Positions 41,569 through 55,427 of a DNA stretch of 64,000 nt are shown here, one piece after another; positions within the stretch are counted from its first letter, which is position 1, and the number at the start of each line of letters is the position of its first letter. A program made the position numbers and the translations under genes. The notes below the pieces were generated by a model. That model was not told the origin of the DNA, did no database searches, and worked only from the letters and a program-made list of their open reading frames with translations. The stretch comes from Eledone cirrhosa. Taxonomy: Eukaryota. The DNA lies in contig OZ024762.1 in assembly GCA_964016885.1 (NCBI GenBank), forward strand, positions 27,466,001 through 27,530,000, read 5' to 3'.

Positions 41569-41672
41569 TGTGTGTGTGTTTATTTATTTAATTAATTATT
41601 CCTTTAAATCACCGATCGTTCCTTCATTACTACCCATTGTTTTCTGAAATTTTCTTGTTTGCATATATACGC

Positions 41673-41797
<125 letters not shown>

Positions 41798-42003
41798 GAT
41801 ATACATATGTAAATGCATACATACATATGTACATACATTCACATACATATATACATACATACACATTAATACATACCTACATACATACATAATGTATATA
41901 TGCATATACATAAAACATACGAACATGCATACGTACGTACATATATACATACATAATGCATATACACATATACAAACATACGTATATATATTGCATATCT
42001 ATA

Positions 42004-42035
<32 letters not shown>

Positions 42036-42087
42036 GCGAGAGAGAGAAGGAGAGTTATTTCCATACATACATACATACATACATACA

Positions 42088-42118
<31 letters not shown>

Positions 42119-42235
42119 CTGCATATACATATATATACGTACATACATATCAATATATATGTGTGGATGTTGAATTATGTATTTGTCTATATAAATATAT
42201 GTGTATATATGACTATATACATTCATGTATACATC

Positions 42236-42326
<91 letters not shown>

Positions 42327-42370
42327 ATATATATATAAATATGTATATATATATACACATATGCATATAC

Positions 42371-42417
<47 letters not shown>

Positions 42418-42558
42418 AATATATATGTATATATATTTATATATATATATAGAGAGAGAGCGGGAGACACATGCATATATATATGTATATAGAGATATGT
42501 ACATATATATGCGTATATATACATTCATATATATACACATATATACACAAACACACAG

Positions 42559-42589
<31 letters not shown>

Positions 42590-42679
42590 CATACATACAC
42601 ATATCATATATATATACATATACATATACATACAAACATACATATATATACTTATATATATATATATACTTATATATAT

Positions 42680-42712
<33 letters not shown>

Positions 42713-42760
42713 CTTATATATATATATATACTTATATATATATACTTATATATATATATA

Positions 42761-42825
<65 letters not shown>

Positions 42826-42840
42826 ACCATTATATATACT

Positions 42841-43017
<177 letters not shown>

Positions 43018-43367
43018 CACCTATAGCACGTCTGCAATTCAGTCGTTTATATCGTTTGAGTGCGATGCTTGTGGGTCTAATTAAAAATCGTAAAAATCTC
43101 CTCTCTTTCCCTTTCTTTACAAAATATGTTCCAGATAATAAACCAAATGTGTCTTGGAGAAAATAACTATTTACAACGAACGTCAATATTAACAACCTAA
43201 AAATAAACTACTTTATAATAACGACTATTCTTTCAATTTAACGAGCGCTATCAGCCTTTGCTATATATGTATATATATACATATATGTGTGTGTGTGTCT
43301 GTGCATGTGTGTGTGTGTGTGTGAGTGTGGGTGTATGTGTGTGAATGTGTGTGTGTGTATGTATGTG

Positions 43368-43419
<52 letters not shown>

Positions 43420-43519
43420 GTGTGCGTAAGTGCATGTGAGTGTTTATTTATTTAAATGTGTATATATACGTGTAGTTGTGTGTGTATGAATATGTATATA
43501 TGTATAGATATATATATAT

Positions 43520-43568
<49 letters not shown>

Positions 43569-43570
43569 TT

Positions 43571-43607
<37 letters not shown>

Positions 43608-44344
43608 GTATTTATATAAATATATATACATGTACATTAATACATATATACATATATATATATTTATACATATATATACACACACACACATACATATAGA
43701 CACATACACACATATATATACATACATATCGACACATACATATATACACACACATATATACGCATACATATACACACATACATATATACATTTATTCTTA
43801 TACCAAGATAGTTTCCACGTTCTTTGCTGTCTCAGTAAGTCTTACGACCTGCCTACAGTTATATCAAATGCAATGAAATCTAAACAGCACTAATATAAAA
43901 GACAAATAGTTCAGCATAGACAATGAGCCTCGCTTTCATATCCAGCCATAATGTAAAAGAACATATAATGTTATTGTGTCTCTGCTCTCTGGTGCAAAGC
44001 TAGCATTATGCTCTCTGTAATTGACATCGTAAAATAATATGTGGATATTTCTGTATGTAGGTATGCATGTCAGTATGACTGTGTGTAAGTATGTACGTAT
44101 ATATGTATGTACGTATGTATGCATATTTGTATGTTTGTATGCGTGTATGTATATATATATATATATATATACACAAATATGTATGTATATATTTATTAAA
44201 ACAATAGATTAAAGTTTAAGCAAAGAATCGCTGCTTTCACTCTTAACGAGCAATCTTCGGATTTTAGTCTTCACATTTATTATTATTATTATATATATAT
44301 ACAATAAAACAAGTACGAATGGTTACTCCTTCATTACGTTTATT

Positions 44345-44440
44345 GGTTGGTGACGCGCGTTTCACTATTGATCAGCTCAAAGTTCGATCTGTATCGAACT
44401 AGCCCGACTCTGTAATCAATGGCTCGTCGGAGATCATTGG
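44345..44440 (-). ncRNA. Degenerate HHR with long branched stem II (core CCGACGA)
   Basis: CCGACGA-GCCATTGATT..(GTTCGAT/ATCGAAC hairpin)..GATCAATAGT-GAAA-CGCGCG-TC-ACCAACC-AATAAA. Stem I is imperfect. Confidence 0.55.
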
Positions 44441-44525
44441 TTAATGACAGAATGAATATACATGGAGTACGAAAAAGCCTAACATTCATATATATGTTGG
44501 TCAGTAAAAGTTGTTTTGATTGGTG

Positions 44526-44558
<33 letters not shown>

Positions 44559-44667
44559 ATAAATATTTGCTCGAGGGTTCTTATATATTTGATATATATT
44601 TATCCTTATCGAGCCCTCTTTGGATTTTAGTCTTCACATTTATTATTATTACTATATATATATATAT

Positions 44668-44907
44668 ATTGTTATACTTTGGGAGCGTCCTGTTGCCAAT
44701 AAAAACATACGCACCTGTGGTTTTCACTTCAATTTATTATAAATTTCCCAAAGTATAACAATATCTGTTTCAACATACGTACGTTTTCAGATAACAAATC
44801 TCGCAAATCAAACTAAAAAATAAATTATATATATATATAATTCATTTTTTAGTTTGATTTGCGAGATTTCTTATCTGAAAACGTATGTTGAAACAGATAT
44901 TGTTATA
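44668..44907. repeat. Terminal fragments of the 19515-20040 family forming a palindrome (44754-44907) centred on a (TA)n
   Basis: TATAACAATATCTGTTTCAACATACG ... CGTATGTTGAAACAGATATTGTTATA. Confidence 0.75.
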
Positions 44908-44976
44908 TATATATATATATATCCCGGCCCCTCAATCTTCCTTATTTCTCATTCTTTCTTCTGATGAAGGACGAGG

Positions 44977-45025
44977 GATTCCTGATGATTTCTAAAGAAT
45001 GAAACAGTTCTAGTCCTGTAGAATC
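44977..45025 (+). ncRNA. Canonical type I HHR (same family as 29995-30045)
   Basis: GATTC-CTGATGA-TTTC-TAAA-GAAT-GAAA-CAG-TTCTAGTC-CTG-TA-GAATC. Confidence 0.85.
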
Positions 45026-45038
45026 TCATCTATATTAA

Positions 45039-45088
<50 letters not shown>

Positions 45089-45214
45089 GTACATACATAA
45101 TATATATATATACACGCATACATGCATATATATATGTATATATATATATATATACGTACATAATATATATATATATATATATATTATGTATGTATGTACG
45201 TATATATATATATA

Positions 45215-46165
45215 TAAGTTAAAGAAAGAAGAGTAAGATGGTTGGCTGTACAATAAGGGCTTTATTTAAAGTACTGACAATTGTTTCGTTGATCAGGTGT
45301 GTCTAGAGTTCGCTAATCGCTTGAGGTTGCGTCAATCGATCTCTAATACATTGTTTACCACTTATCAACACATCAGAGTACATAGATATGAAAATAATTC
45401 ACTCGAGGCAAGACTTATATAGAGGAGTAGCGTAAAACAAAACAATAACATCAATAATAGAGCAGCGTATAATTAAAACAATAACATCAATAATAAAACA
45501 TGTATGGGGGATAGAGAAGTTACAGATGTAAAAAGTGACAAGTAAGATACAATGTAGGGTACATTAAAAAATAATTATAAGAAAAAAATGAGGAAATGGA
45601 AAATACAAAGAAAAAAAAATGAAAGAGTGATATATTGTACTTAAAGTTAGATTTTAAGAAAGTGTTCCTTGGTGCTAACATGAGAGGCCAGATTTTAGAA
45701 GTAGATAAAATTGTGTGGAGGGTCCGGTAAAATAAAAAACAATAAAATAGAGATTAATTGATGTATACTATTTAGGGGTTTACAGGTCATTTGATAAACG
45801 TTCGTTGTTGATGTTGGTTGTTCTATCTTAATGAGGTTGATGGAGAGAGGGTGGAATAAGTGTACATAGATTTATTGTCCTGTGATCGGTTGGCAGTATG
45901 ATAGCTAATAGCGGTGTAAAAGTATGTATTCTATATGTAAAAGTCTAGGTGGTTCAATACTAATTTTCGGATTCGAATTTCTGGTTCGAATCATGGTGGT
46001 TTGAAGTCTGTAAATCTAGTAGCTATTTTATGCCTACAAAAAAAATGGATCTTTCTAGTTTGCTGTTAAGCAGCATCTTATTGTACCTTAAAATATGTAG
46101 CAGTTCTAAATTACAGAGCCCGCAGTGGGACATACCAGAGCGGCGAAACGGGTTCAAGGGATCAG
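45215..46165 (-). mobile_element. PLE 3' remnant: GIY-YIG C-terminus (46025-46160), 3'UTR and HHR with ~80-nt stem II (45271-45381)
   Basis: PFRRSGMSHCGLCNLELLHIL..LLNSK. GTACT-CTGATGT-GTTGAT..ATCAAC-GAAA-CAATTG-TC-AGTAC followed by AATAAA. Confidence 0.75.
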
Positions 46166-46747
46166 ACACCATACCCTGATGATTATATATGCCCCGTGGG
46201 GTAAACCGAAATATCCCGGGATGCATACTCGACTCTGCACGTCACCCTGGGCAAGAACATCGCCTGACCGGGGCAGGTTGACCCGGATTCCACTGACTTT
46301 CAGTCAAATGCATTACACCTATAAGACAATATACCTCAACCACAGTGACATACTCCAGTATGGCCGGTCCACGCACCCCCATGCTTGTGTATCTTTTCAA
46401 TAGAGAGTCCATACTCTCCACGTATTCCATCCTGTAACATATCATATGTTCTGTCTATCTCATGCGTCTCCTGTGTACTATCTCATACGCCTACACGTTC
46501 CTGCTCCTTCTTTATATATCTCTATGTGACCGTATATGTATACTTTTAATATATTGCAGGTTTATTTTATATATGTGTATAAACGTATGTGAATATATAG
46601 ATGTATATATATATATGTAGATATATGTGTGTGTATATATGTATGTGTATGGTTATATTGTTTATATATGTGCATCATTTCATGTATGACCCATTCTATG
46701 ACCCATTGTGTATCTTGATATGACTTTGTGTATATATCCTATTTGTG

Positions 46748-46784
<37 letters not shown>

Positions 46785-46841
46785 TTGTAGGCGTGCGTAG
46801 ATATGTGAATATGCGCATAGTTATAAGAGTGTATATGAGCC

Positions 46842-46892
<51 letters not shown>

Positions 46893-46989
46893 AAGCACCC
46901 AATGTAGGGAAAGGGCTTGTTTGTATGTATATATATCTGTATGTGTATATATGTGTATGTATATATATATATATATGTGTGTGTGTATG

Positions 46990-47063
<74 letters not shown>

Positions 47064-47078
47064 GTGAGCGAGTCTGTA

Positions 47079-50000
47079 CTTACTTGTACTTGTGTCGACA
47101 TTCACCCTGGACGGGTTGACTCGGCTTCTTCCCTTGTCCTGACAGCATCCCGAACCATGGCAGCCCACCCACGACGGTCCAGGGCTAGGTCACTGGAGAT
47201 AGCGAGCCAGTCACGGTTCTAACGTCGCAGGCCGACCACCTGCGGACCTGAGAGTTCGGAGAGGTCCTCCTTGATCGTCGTTGCCCAGGTATTCAGCTGC
47301 CCGCGAACGCGCTTGCGCCAGTTAGGGAGTGGAGGTGGGAGGAGAACATCGCGGATCAGCTCACCCTCAGGGCGCCGGGATGCGTGACCAAACCATCTCA
47401 AGCGCCGTTGCAGAAGCACTGAAGGAAGGGGTCGAAGATTCAGGCGAAGACGAAAACTGGTGGTAGGTACCCGATCAACGCGTGGGCAGCGAAGAATGCG
47501 GTGGAGACAGTCATTGTCGAAGATCTCCAGCCCTCGTTGATCGATTACCCTCATAGGCCATGTTTCACAGCCATAGAAGAGGATAGTGCGAACGACGGCC
47601 TGGTAGATTCGCCCCTTGGTCGCCGAGGTGATCTCTCTTCTGTCCCACAGACACCGCTGGAGGCGTCCAAAAGCGGATCTGGCAGCACCTATGCGACGCT
47701 TGTCCTCAGCTGCGCCCTGTCCTGTTGGAACCACTGTTGAGCCCAGGTAAACGAAGGACTCCACATCCTCCAGGTCCCTCGAGAGATATTGGCTGCCAGG
47801 CATCAGGCGAGACCAGTGACGTCATGACTTTCGACTTGCGGCATTGTTTCGTAGACCAACAGCGGTGGCTGCAGTGTGAACCCCTTCGAGAGCACCTTGT
47901 ACATCTGTCCCGTTAGCGCCCCTCAGCACGATGTCATCCGCGTAGGCCAGATCCGTCACCACGACCCCTCTCCCGACTTCCAGGCGCGGGTAATCCCGGA
48001 GCGCTGTGTTGAGAGTGTAGTCAATGGCGTAGTTAAAGAGAGTTGGTGATAGCGCACACCCCTGCCGAACACCGGTCCCAACATCGAACGACTCTGACTC
48101 CCCACCATAGACCCTCACCCGAGCCCGAGTCGACCGGTAGTAGCCTTGTATGAGACGAAGCAGCTTCACTGGGATGCCGTCCGCCTGCATTATACGCCAT
48201 AGGGCTTCCCGATCTACCGAGTCGAAGGCAGCTGCAAAGTCAATGAAACAGAGGACGGCAGGCTGTTGATGTGCCCACCGTTGTTCCAGGACACGCCGGA
48301 GATTGAAGATTTGATCAAGCCACCCCCCCCCCCCCCACCCCCCACCCCCCGGACGAAGCCGCCCTGAGAAGGACGGGCACGGACATTACGGATGGCCTGG
48401 AACCTCTTCAGTAGAAGAATTGCGAAGTTTTGGCAGCAACGTCAATTAAACTGACACTCCTGTAGTCGGAACAGTTTCCTGCCGCCTTTTTAAAGAAGGG
48501 TAGGAGAGTTTGCTCGCTCCAATCACTAGGGAACCGCTCCGTCACCCACACCGAGGAGAAGACTCGATGGGGCCAAGCTGCGAAGACATCAGGCTCGGCC
48601 TTGTAGACCTGGAACGCGATCTTCGCCCGGCGCCTTGTTGTTCCGGGGATGTGTCAGGACACTACCTACCTCCTCGACCGTTGGAGGGGCAGTGCTACAC
48701 CCGTATTCTTCTCCGGAAGGCTGCCCGTAGGTTGGCGTGGGTGGTGGCGGGTGGTTGAGCAGCTTGGAGAAATGGTCCCGCCATCGGACTAGCCGGTCAT
48801 TAAGATTGGTAATGACCGCCCCGTTCCGATCACGGATCGTCGCGCTGATACCCGTACTGCTTCGGCTGGCCCGCTTCACCAGCTGGTAGAGCTTGCGCGT
48901 GTCACCACAGGCTGCTGCCCGCTCCGTCTGACCGCAAATTCGCGCCCGTGTGCATTCCGATCGGTCCGTAATAGCCCGAGATGTGCGACGTCGGAGATCT
49001 CGAAGATTGGGTGCACCCTCGAGTCGGATCACTCTCGCCCTCTTCGCGAGTTCAAGAGTGCCGCCGGAGATCCAGTCCCGATGGCGTCATCGGGTCGACC
49101 CGAGATGCTCTCTGGCCACCTCAACCGTCGCCGCCCTGAGCACGTTCCACTCCTGCTCCGGTTGCTATTCCACTTCGTTACTCAACATTTGAACTCGGTT
49201 TCGCAGCTCTAGCCGGAAAGCATTTCCAGTATCGAGCTTGAGTCGCGAGGTGTCGATCCTTTTCTGGCGGTTGGGAGGAGGTTTCGCCCGCAACCGCAGA
49301 CGAAGGGCTGCTCGAACAAGAGTATGGTCCATCACTGAGCTGACCCACCGAGATCTGACCAGGACGTTGTCAATCTGATTGGCTGTTCTTCTGTCATTGG
49401 ATCGCTACGTGACGAGGTGACGCCGAGGATGTTGGAACCGGGTGTTAGTGACTATAAGACGATTGGCATCCGTGAAGGACACGAGCCGTTCACCATTGTC
49501 AGAGCTTACGCCTAGGGTGAAGCGTCCTAGAATATGCCGTGTTGTATCATCAGCCGGCCCCGTCCGCGCATTCCAGTCCCCAGCGACAATGAGAACATCA
49601 CTGGAGGGGACGCCATCCACGGTTGTTTGGAGATCGGCATAGAACTGCGTCTTGTCCGCCTCGTCCGCATTCAGTGTGGGAGCGTAGACGGCAATTACGC
49701 TAACGTTGGAGATTTGACCCTTCAATCGAACCAGCGCGAGTCGGTGTGACATCAGCTGCCACGCCAGCAGAGCCGCTTACGTGTCGGGGCCGAGCACTAC
49801 AGCGACCCCGTGAAGGCCACTGTTGTCAGTCACGCCACTATGGTACAAATGGTAGGAGATGTCCTCGCCAGGAACTTTGATCGGAAGATAACCAACATCG
49901 GGAAGTCGAACTTCTGAAAGGCAAGCGACACTAACGCAGTACCTGTGCAGAGCCTTCATTGTAAGTGCCTGGACACCGTCATCACGAAGTGTTCGGACGT

Positions 50001-50485
50001 TCCAGCACGCCACCCTCAATTCCTTCCTTCGTCTGAAGAGCGGGACTACTGCGGGAGTAGTCTGTAGAACTATAGCGGTAGGAGCGCTGTTGCTTTGCAT
50101 TGCGTTCGTAGCGAGAAGGCAATTCGTATTCATAGTTCGTATTTGTAGGATTCATGGAAGAAGTGTCATGGGAGTAGTGAATTCACAAGCGGTCCCCAAA
50201 AAACCCGCATGTATATCCCGAACAAGGGGGAAAGACGTCCTATTTGCCGCAGATTCTCCACTGACGCAGGGACAGATACGACTCGAAGCCGCCGGTTACC
50301 GGAACAGACACCTCTTGGATTTTCACCAGAGCCCCTTTTGCCAGGTTGCGGCCCTAATACCGCTGGGTGCCAGACCAATCCGCCTTGGGTGGCCCTACCA
50401 GGAACCGAAGTTCCCGACGGCATAGCTCTGACACTACCCGTTGACACCGCCCTGCCACGTTTAGGAGGGGTTGGACTTTAGGTTG
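47079..50485 (-). mobile_element. Full-length RTE-clade (BovB-like 5' end) LINE, pseudogenised; AP endonuclease + RT
   Basis: ACWNVRTL, LSEVR, VYAPT, GDWNAR, FIDFAAAFDSV, GVRQGCALSP, LAYADD, FVYLGS, YGCETW, RLRWFGH. 5' GAGCTATGCCG..AGGGCCACCCAAG motif. (ACAAGT)-type tail. 13-bp TSD GAGCGAGTCTGTA at 47066-47078 and 50486-50498. Confidence 0.95.
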
Positions 50486-50623
50486 GAGCGAGTCTGTATG
50501 TGTGCCTGTATATGGGCATGTAGGCAGGCGTCTGCGCATGCGTATGTCTATCGTTTTTTATATGTTCCCTTTAAGTGGGTGTGTGTAGCGGGAGTCTATG
50601 CGTACGGATGTTGTTATCTATGT

Positions 50624-50692
<69 letters not shown>

Positions 50693-51156
50693 CGCGTATG
50701 TGTGTATATGTGTGTATATGTGTGTATATGTGTGTGTGAGTGCGCGCGTGGACGTGTGAAGTACCAAACCCAGTAGTAATTCATCTAAGTGTGGCAGAAA
50801 GGGACAGCTGATGGTCGGTAGAACTCACAGCTGTTGGTCAGAATTAATGATGACGTAGAAAAGCAGCAGCCAATAACAGGACGCGCGAAGGGGATGTTTT
50901 TGACGCTAACACCCCAGTGAAGGAATTTGCTCCGAAATCATTAGAAGTGTCCGTCGAACCTGCAGATCCAGAATGAGACAGATCCACAAAATGAACGTGT
51001 CTCGAGCTGTCCGCCGGAGAAACAATTGTAACACACAATAAATTGAGTTTAGATGCATCACTGATTTTTCGTTTTATATTATATCATATTCTGCTCTGTA
51101 AGAGCATAGAGTGCTCAACCGGCATACCGCCTAAGGAAGCATCTTAGCTACCATCA

Positions 51157-51287
<131 letters not shown>

Positions 51288-51347
51288 CGTTTCTGAATTT
51301 GGCAACATGACCCTCCCAAAATATAACAAAATATAACAATATATATA

Positions 51348-52327
51348 TATATATAAGTATGTATACGTACATATATATATATGTATACAGACGTACAGTA
51401 GCATGTATATATATACATACATGCACACATATATATATGTACGTATGGGTTTACCGAACATTTATTATAATGTTCGGTTTGTTTGTAAACAAACAGCCCG
51501 TATTACGCCGTACAGTGTTCGGCAACCATCGTTGCCCTTTTGTTCAACACTGACAAAAGAACGATGAACTAGTTTCAAGTTTATAGGTATCGTCAACATC
51601 ATATACCTTCCTGTCAGATGATTGAACGTTTGAAAGTATATACTTTCCTTATACATATTTACGGCAGATTAGCCTAAATTGCATATCGAGTAAGTTAGAC
51701 GGCCGGGCGTACCGAAAACGATAAATGGAAAAGAATGAAACGAAATTTCATTTCTCAATCTTGGTACGGCTGATACTTAAATATAAGTATGTATACGTAC
51801 ATACATATATGTATACAGACATACAGTAGTATGTATATATATACATACATGCACACTTATATATGTACGTATGAAATTTCGTTTCATTCTTTTCCATTTA
51901 TCGTTTTCGGTACACCCGGCTGACTAACTCACTCGATATGCAAATTAGTCTGCTCAGCCGTTAATATGCATAAGGAAAGTATATTCTTTCAAACGTTCAA
52001 TCATCTGACAGGAAGGTATACGATGCTGACGATAGCTAATAAATTTGAAACTAGTTAATCATTCCTTTGTCAGTGTTGAACAAAAGGGCAACGATGGTTG
52101 CCGAACTCTGTACGGCGTAATTCGGGCTGTTTGTTTACAAACAAACCTAACATTATAATAAATGTTCGGTAAACCCATACGTACATACATATATATATGT
52201 GCATGTATGTATATATATATACATACTACTGTACGTCTGTACACATATATGTATGTACGTATACATACTTATATTTAAGTAACAGCCGTACTAAGAGTGA
52301 GAAATGAAATTCGTTTCATTCTTTTCG

Positions 52328-52330
<3 letters not shown>
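51348..52330. mobile_element. Tandem + inverted ~430-bp non-coding monomer carrying an HHR (retrozyme/pLTR-like)
   Basis: ATATAAGTATGTATACGTAC repeats at 51351 and 51781. 51873-52325 is the inverted monomer with terminal redundancy. HHR CGATG-CTGACGA-..-GAAA-CTAG-TT at 52021-52060 (+) and 51562-51601 (-). Confidence 0.75.
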
Positions 52331-52386
<56 letters not shown>

Positions 52387-53336
52387 CACACACTTGATAT
52401 TAAAAAGTCAGACGTGATGGGGATCTGTGTAATCCGGTCTGCCCTTTGATTTCAAATCCCGCCACATTCCGCCGAAAGTTGTGGACTGTGGTTTGTATCA
52501 ACAATAGAATTACCAATGGAAACATTGTTTCCTTGATCTGATCTAAGCGCAATCGGCTCTTTTCTTTTTATCGCTTTACTTTTCTTTTTATTCTAAGAGT
52601 GTGATCAATCCACATCTCAACTTCAGTTACAGGTATATTTCCGGGTTTGTCATTTAATGCACTTTGGTGGGTATTTTTTTGGTAGGGGGAGTGGGGTGTT
52701 TACGAATTGACATCAATTTAGAGTAGGCTAGTATGCCTTCTGAAGAAAATATCGACTGCTCGTATGAATCAAACCATTACAATCAGATTTGGACAATAAT
52801 ATCATAGAAGGACATTCTGAGAATTTTATAAGTAAATTCAAAACATTCCCCCACTAACCAACCACGCCACACCACCCAAACCCACCCCGACTTCTCTCTA
52901 AAGAAAAGGTTATCTGCTCCATGCTGATCTATTACACTATTATCAATGGCGGAAACTGATCGCATCGTTATAAATGGGACCGCTTCCTATTAATACACAC
53001 AGTACAGTTTTTCAAACGATGCAAATAAATGTTGTTTTTCTGTGACAATGATGTATTGGAAAATTAACAACGGAGAACATTTTCTTAGAAGGCGGCTTGT
53101 TTATTCAAAGAGCAGCGATAAAAATTTATTGGTTTTGTTGCAGAAGTTTTTGGCGCTTCTCAAATAAGTTATAAGTCGTTTTTGAGAAAATCTGAAATTA
53201 ATGATTGGAGGCATGCTCCTGAATATTTGGAATCACATGAAAATTCCGTACATCATTTGGGAATGTCTTAAGAGTCGGTTTGAGAAACATCACTGCGATT
53301 GCAGACTAATAAAACTATTAATAATAACAAGATGCA

Positions 53337-54150
53337 GTCACGTGTTAAAAAAGAAAAGATTTCATTGGTGTAAAGTATTTGGCAACATTTAATGGCCATA
53401 TTGATCTGTGTTTAGCTGAAAGTCAAACACAATATGGCTTTCAGAGGAACTTAGATCAATCTGGTAATCGATGGTGGATGTGTTGTATATCCTTTTTAGA
53501 TCTTATTTAAATTTGATGTTACGACATGCTGAATATTCCCGAGAATTACGTTAAGGGTACAACTGTACAAGTCACGTGTTGTAAAAAGAAAGAGCTCATT
53601 GGTGTGAAGTATTTGGAAATATTTAATGATCATTGATCTGTATTTAGCTGAAGGTCAAACACAATATGGCTTTTAGAGACACTTAGATCTTTTTAGATGT
53701 TATTTGGAACTCACATTGCCGTAACATGTACTTACTTAGGATTGCTTGGCGCTGAATCTCCCTGAGAATTTCGTTAAGAGTATAAGTCTACAAGTCACGT
53801 GTTAAAAAAGGAATGAGTTCATTGGTCTAAAGCAGTCATGGGTAACCTGCGCCCCGCGAAGCTTTCTGAATGGCTCGCCTAAGTCACCTAAGTGAAATCT
53901 TTCTGATTTTTTTAACCGAACTTTTCAGTCGTAATTTATCTTTCTATCAATCTTACGATCGAGGAAAACAACGTGTACGAATTCTGAATAAACAAATCAA
54001 AATAACCTGAGTTACTGCCCTTCTTTTTAATGTGGGCACGAATGTAAATTAGCGCGTGTGGTCCTCCTGATGATGAGCATATCTCATGCGGCCCGCTTCT
54101 CGAAAAAGGTTGTCCATGTTTGGTGTAAAGTTTGGGAAACTATTAACGAC
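53337..54150 (+). repeat. Three degenerate ~225-235-bp tandem units (starting 53337, 53571, 53793); the third is split by a MITE
   Basis: GTCACGTGTT..AAAAAG..TCATTGGT.T.AAG recurs three times. Confidence 0.75.
53833..54122. mobile_element. Non-autonomous hAT (Charlie-like) DNA transposon/MITE
   Basis: Imperfect TIRs CAGTCATGGGTAACC / GGTTGTCCATGTTTG; subterminal TGCG(G/C)CCCGC; 8-bp TSD GTCTAAAG/GTGTAAAG. Confidence 0.75.
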
Positions 54151-54831
54151 CATCGATCTGTAGTTAACTGGCACTCCGTCGGTTAAGACGACGAGTGTTT
54201 CAGTTGACCTGATCAACAGAACAGCCTGCTCGTGAAATTAACGTGAAAGTGGCTGAGCATTCCACAGACACGCGTACCCTTAACGTAGATCTCAGGGAGA
54301 TTCAGCATGACACAGAATGTGACAAGGCTGGCTCTTCAAACTACAGGTATAACTCATTTTTGCCAGCTGGGTTGACTGGAGCGACGTGAAATAAAGTGTC
54401 TTGCTCAAGGACAAAGCGCACCTCTGGGAATTGAACTCATGACCTTACGATTGTGAGCCGAATACCCTAATCACCATGCCACGCGCCTTTACACAAGATA
54501 CACATATATCTACACACATACATGTATACAATTACACACACCCATATCTACATACACACCCATATATCTACAAACACACATCCTCACATACACATGCATT
54601 CAATTGCACACACACACCCATATATATATATACACACACACACATGTGCATTCATTTACACACACACAGATTCATTTTCAAACTTACACACGCATATGCA
54701 CGTACACATACATACATACCCATACACACACATGCATTTACATACATTTACACACATACTTGCACAAACTCACCTATCTATACACACACACACCTAGAAT
54801 TTACACAACCATGACAGATTGATGATAACAC

Positions 54832-54866
<35 letters not shown>

Positions 54867-55391
54867 CCGAATATCCTCACCACAAAGCCACACGCCTTCA
54901 CACGCTACACACACACTCACACACACAATCACACACACTCACGCACTGACACACATACACACACTCACACACTGATACACACACACACACACTGACACAC
55001 ACATACACACACTAACACATGTGAGCCGATGATCCTCACCACAAATTCACGCGCCTTCACACACTCACACACACTCACACACATACACACACACACCCTC
55101 ACACACCCTCACACACACTCACATTCACACAAGTGAGCCGAATATCTTCACCACAAAGTTACGTGCCTTTTCAGACCGTGGAAACAATGTTTCCATTTGG
55201 TCTTTCTTAAATACTATCTATCGGTCGCAACCCCAGGTAGAAGGAGCAACGTGAAAAAGTGTCTTGCTCAAGGACATAACGCATCGCCCCGTCCAGGAAT
55301 CGAACTCACATGATTGCGAATCCTATTCGCTAACCACTCAGCCATGCGCCTTCGTATATATGTATATGTGTGTGTGTGTGTATATATGTGG

Positions 55392-55419
<28 letters not shown>

Positions 55420-55427
<8 letters not shown>

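Noticed and set aside
44870-44907. Antisense HHR-like string CTGAAAA..GAAA-CAGATATTG-TT (TTGAAAA at 19553)
   Set aside because: No credible stem II and only a 3-bp AT stem I; may be chance in AT-rich DNA.
46172-46222. CTGATGA...GAAA motif
   Set aside because: Stem II does not close at the core and stems I/III are out of register.
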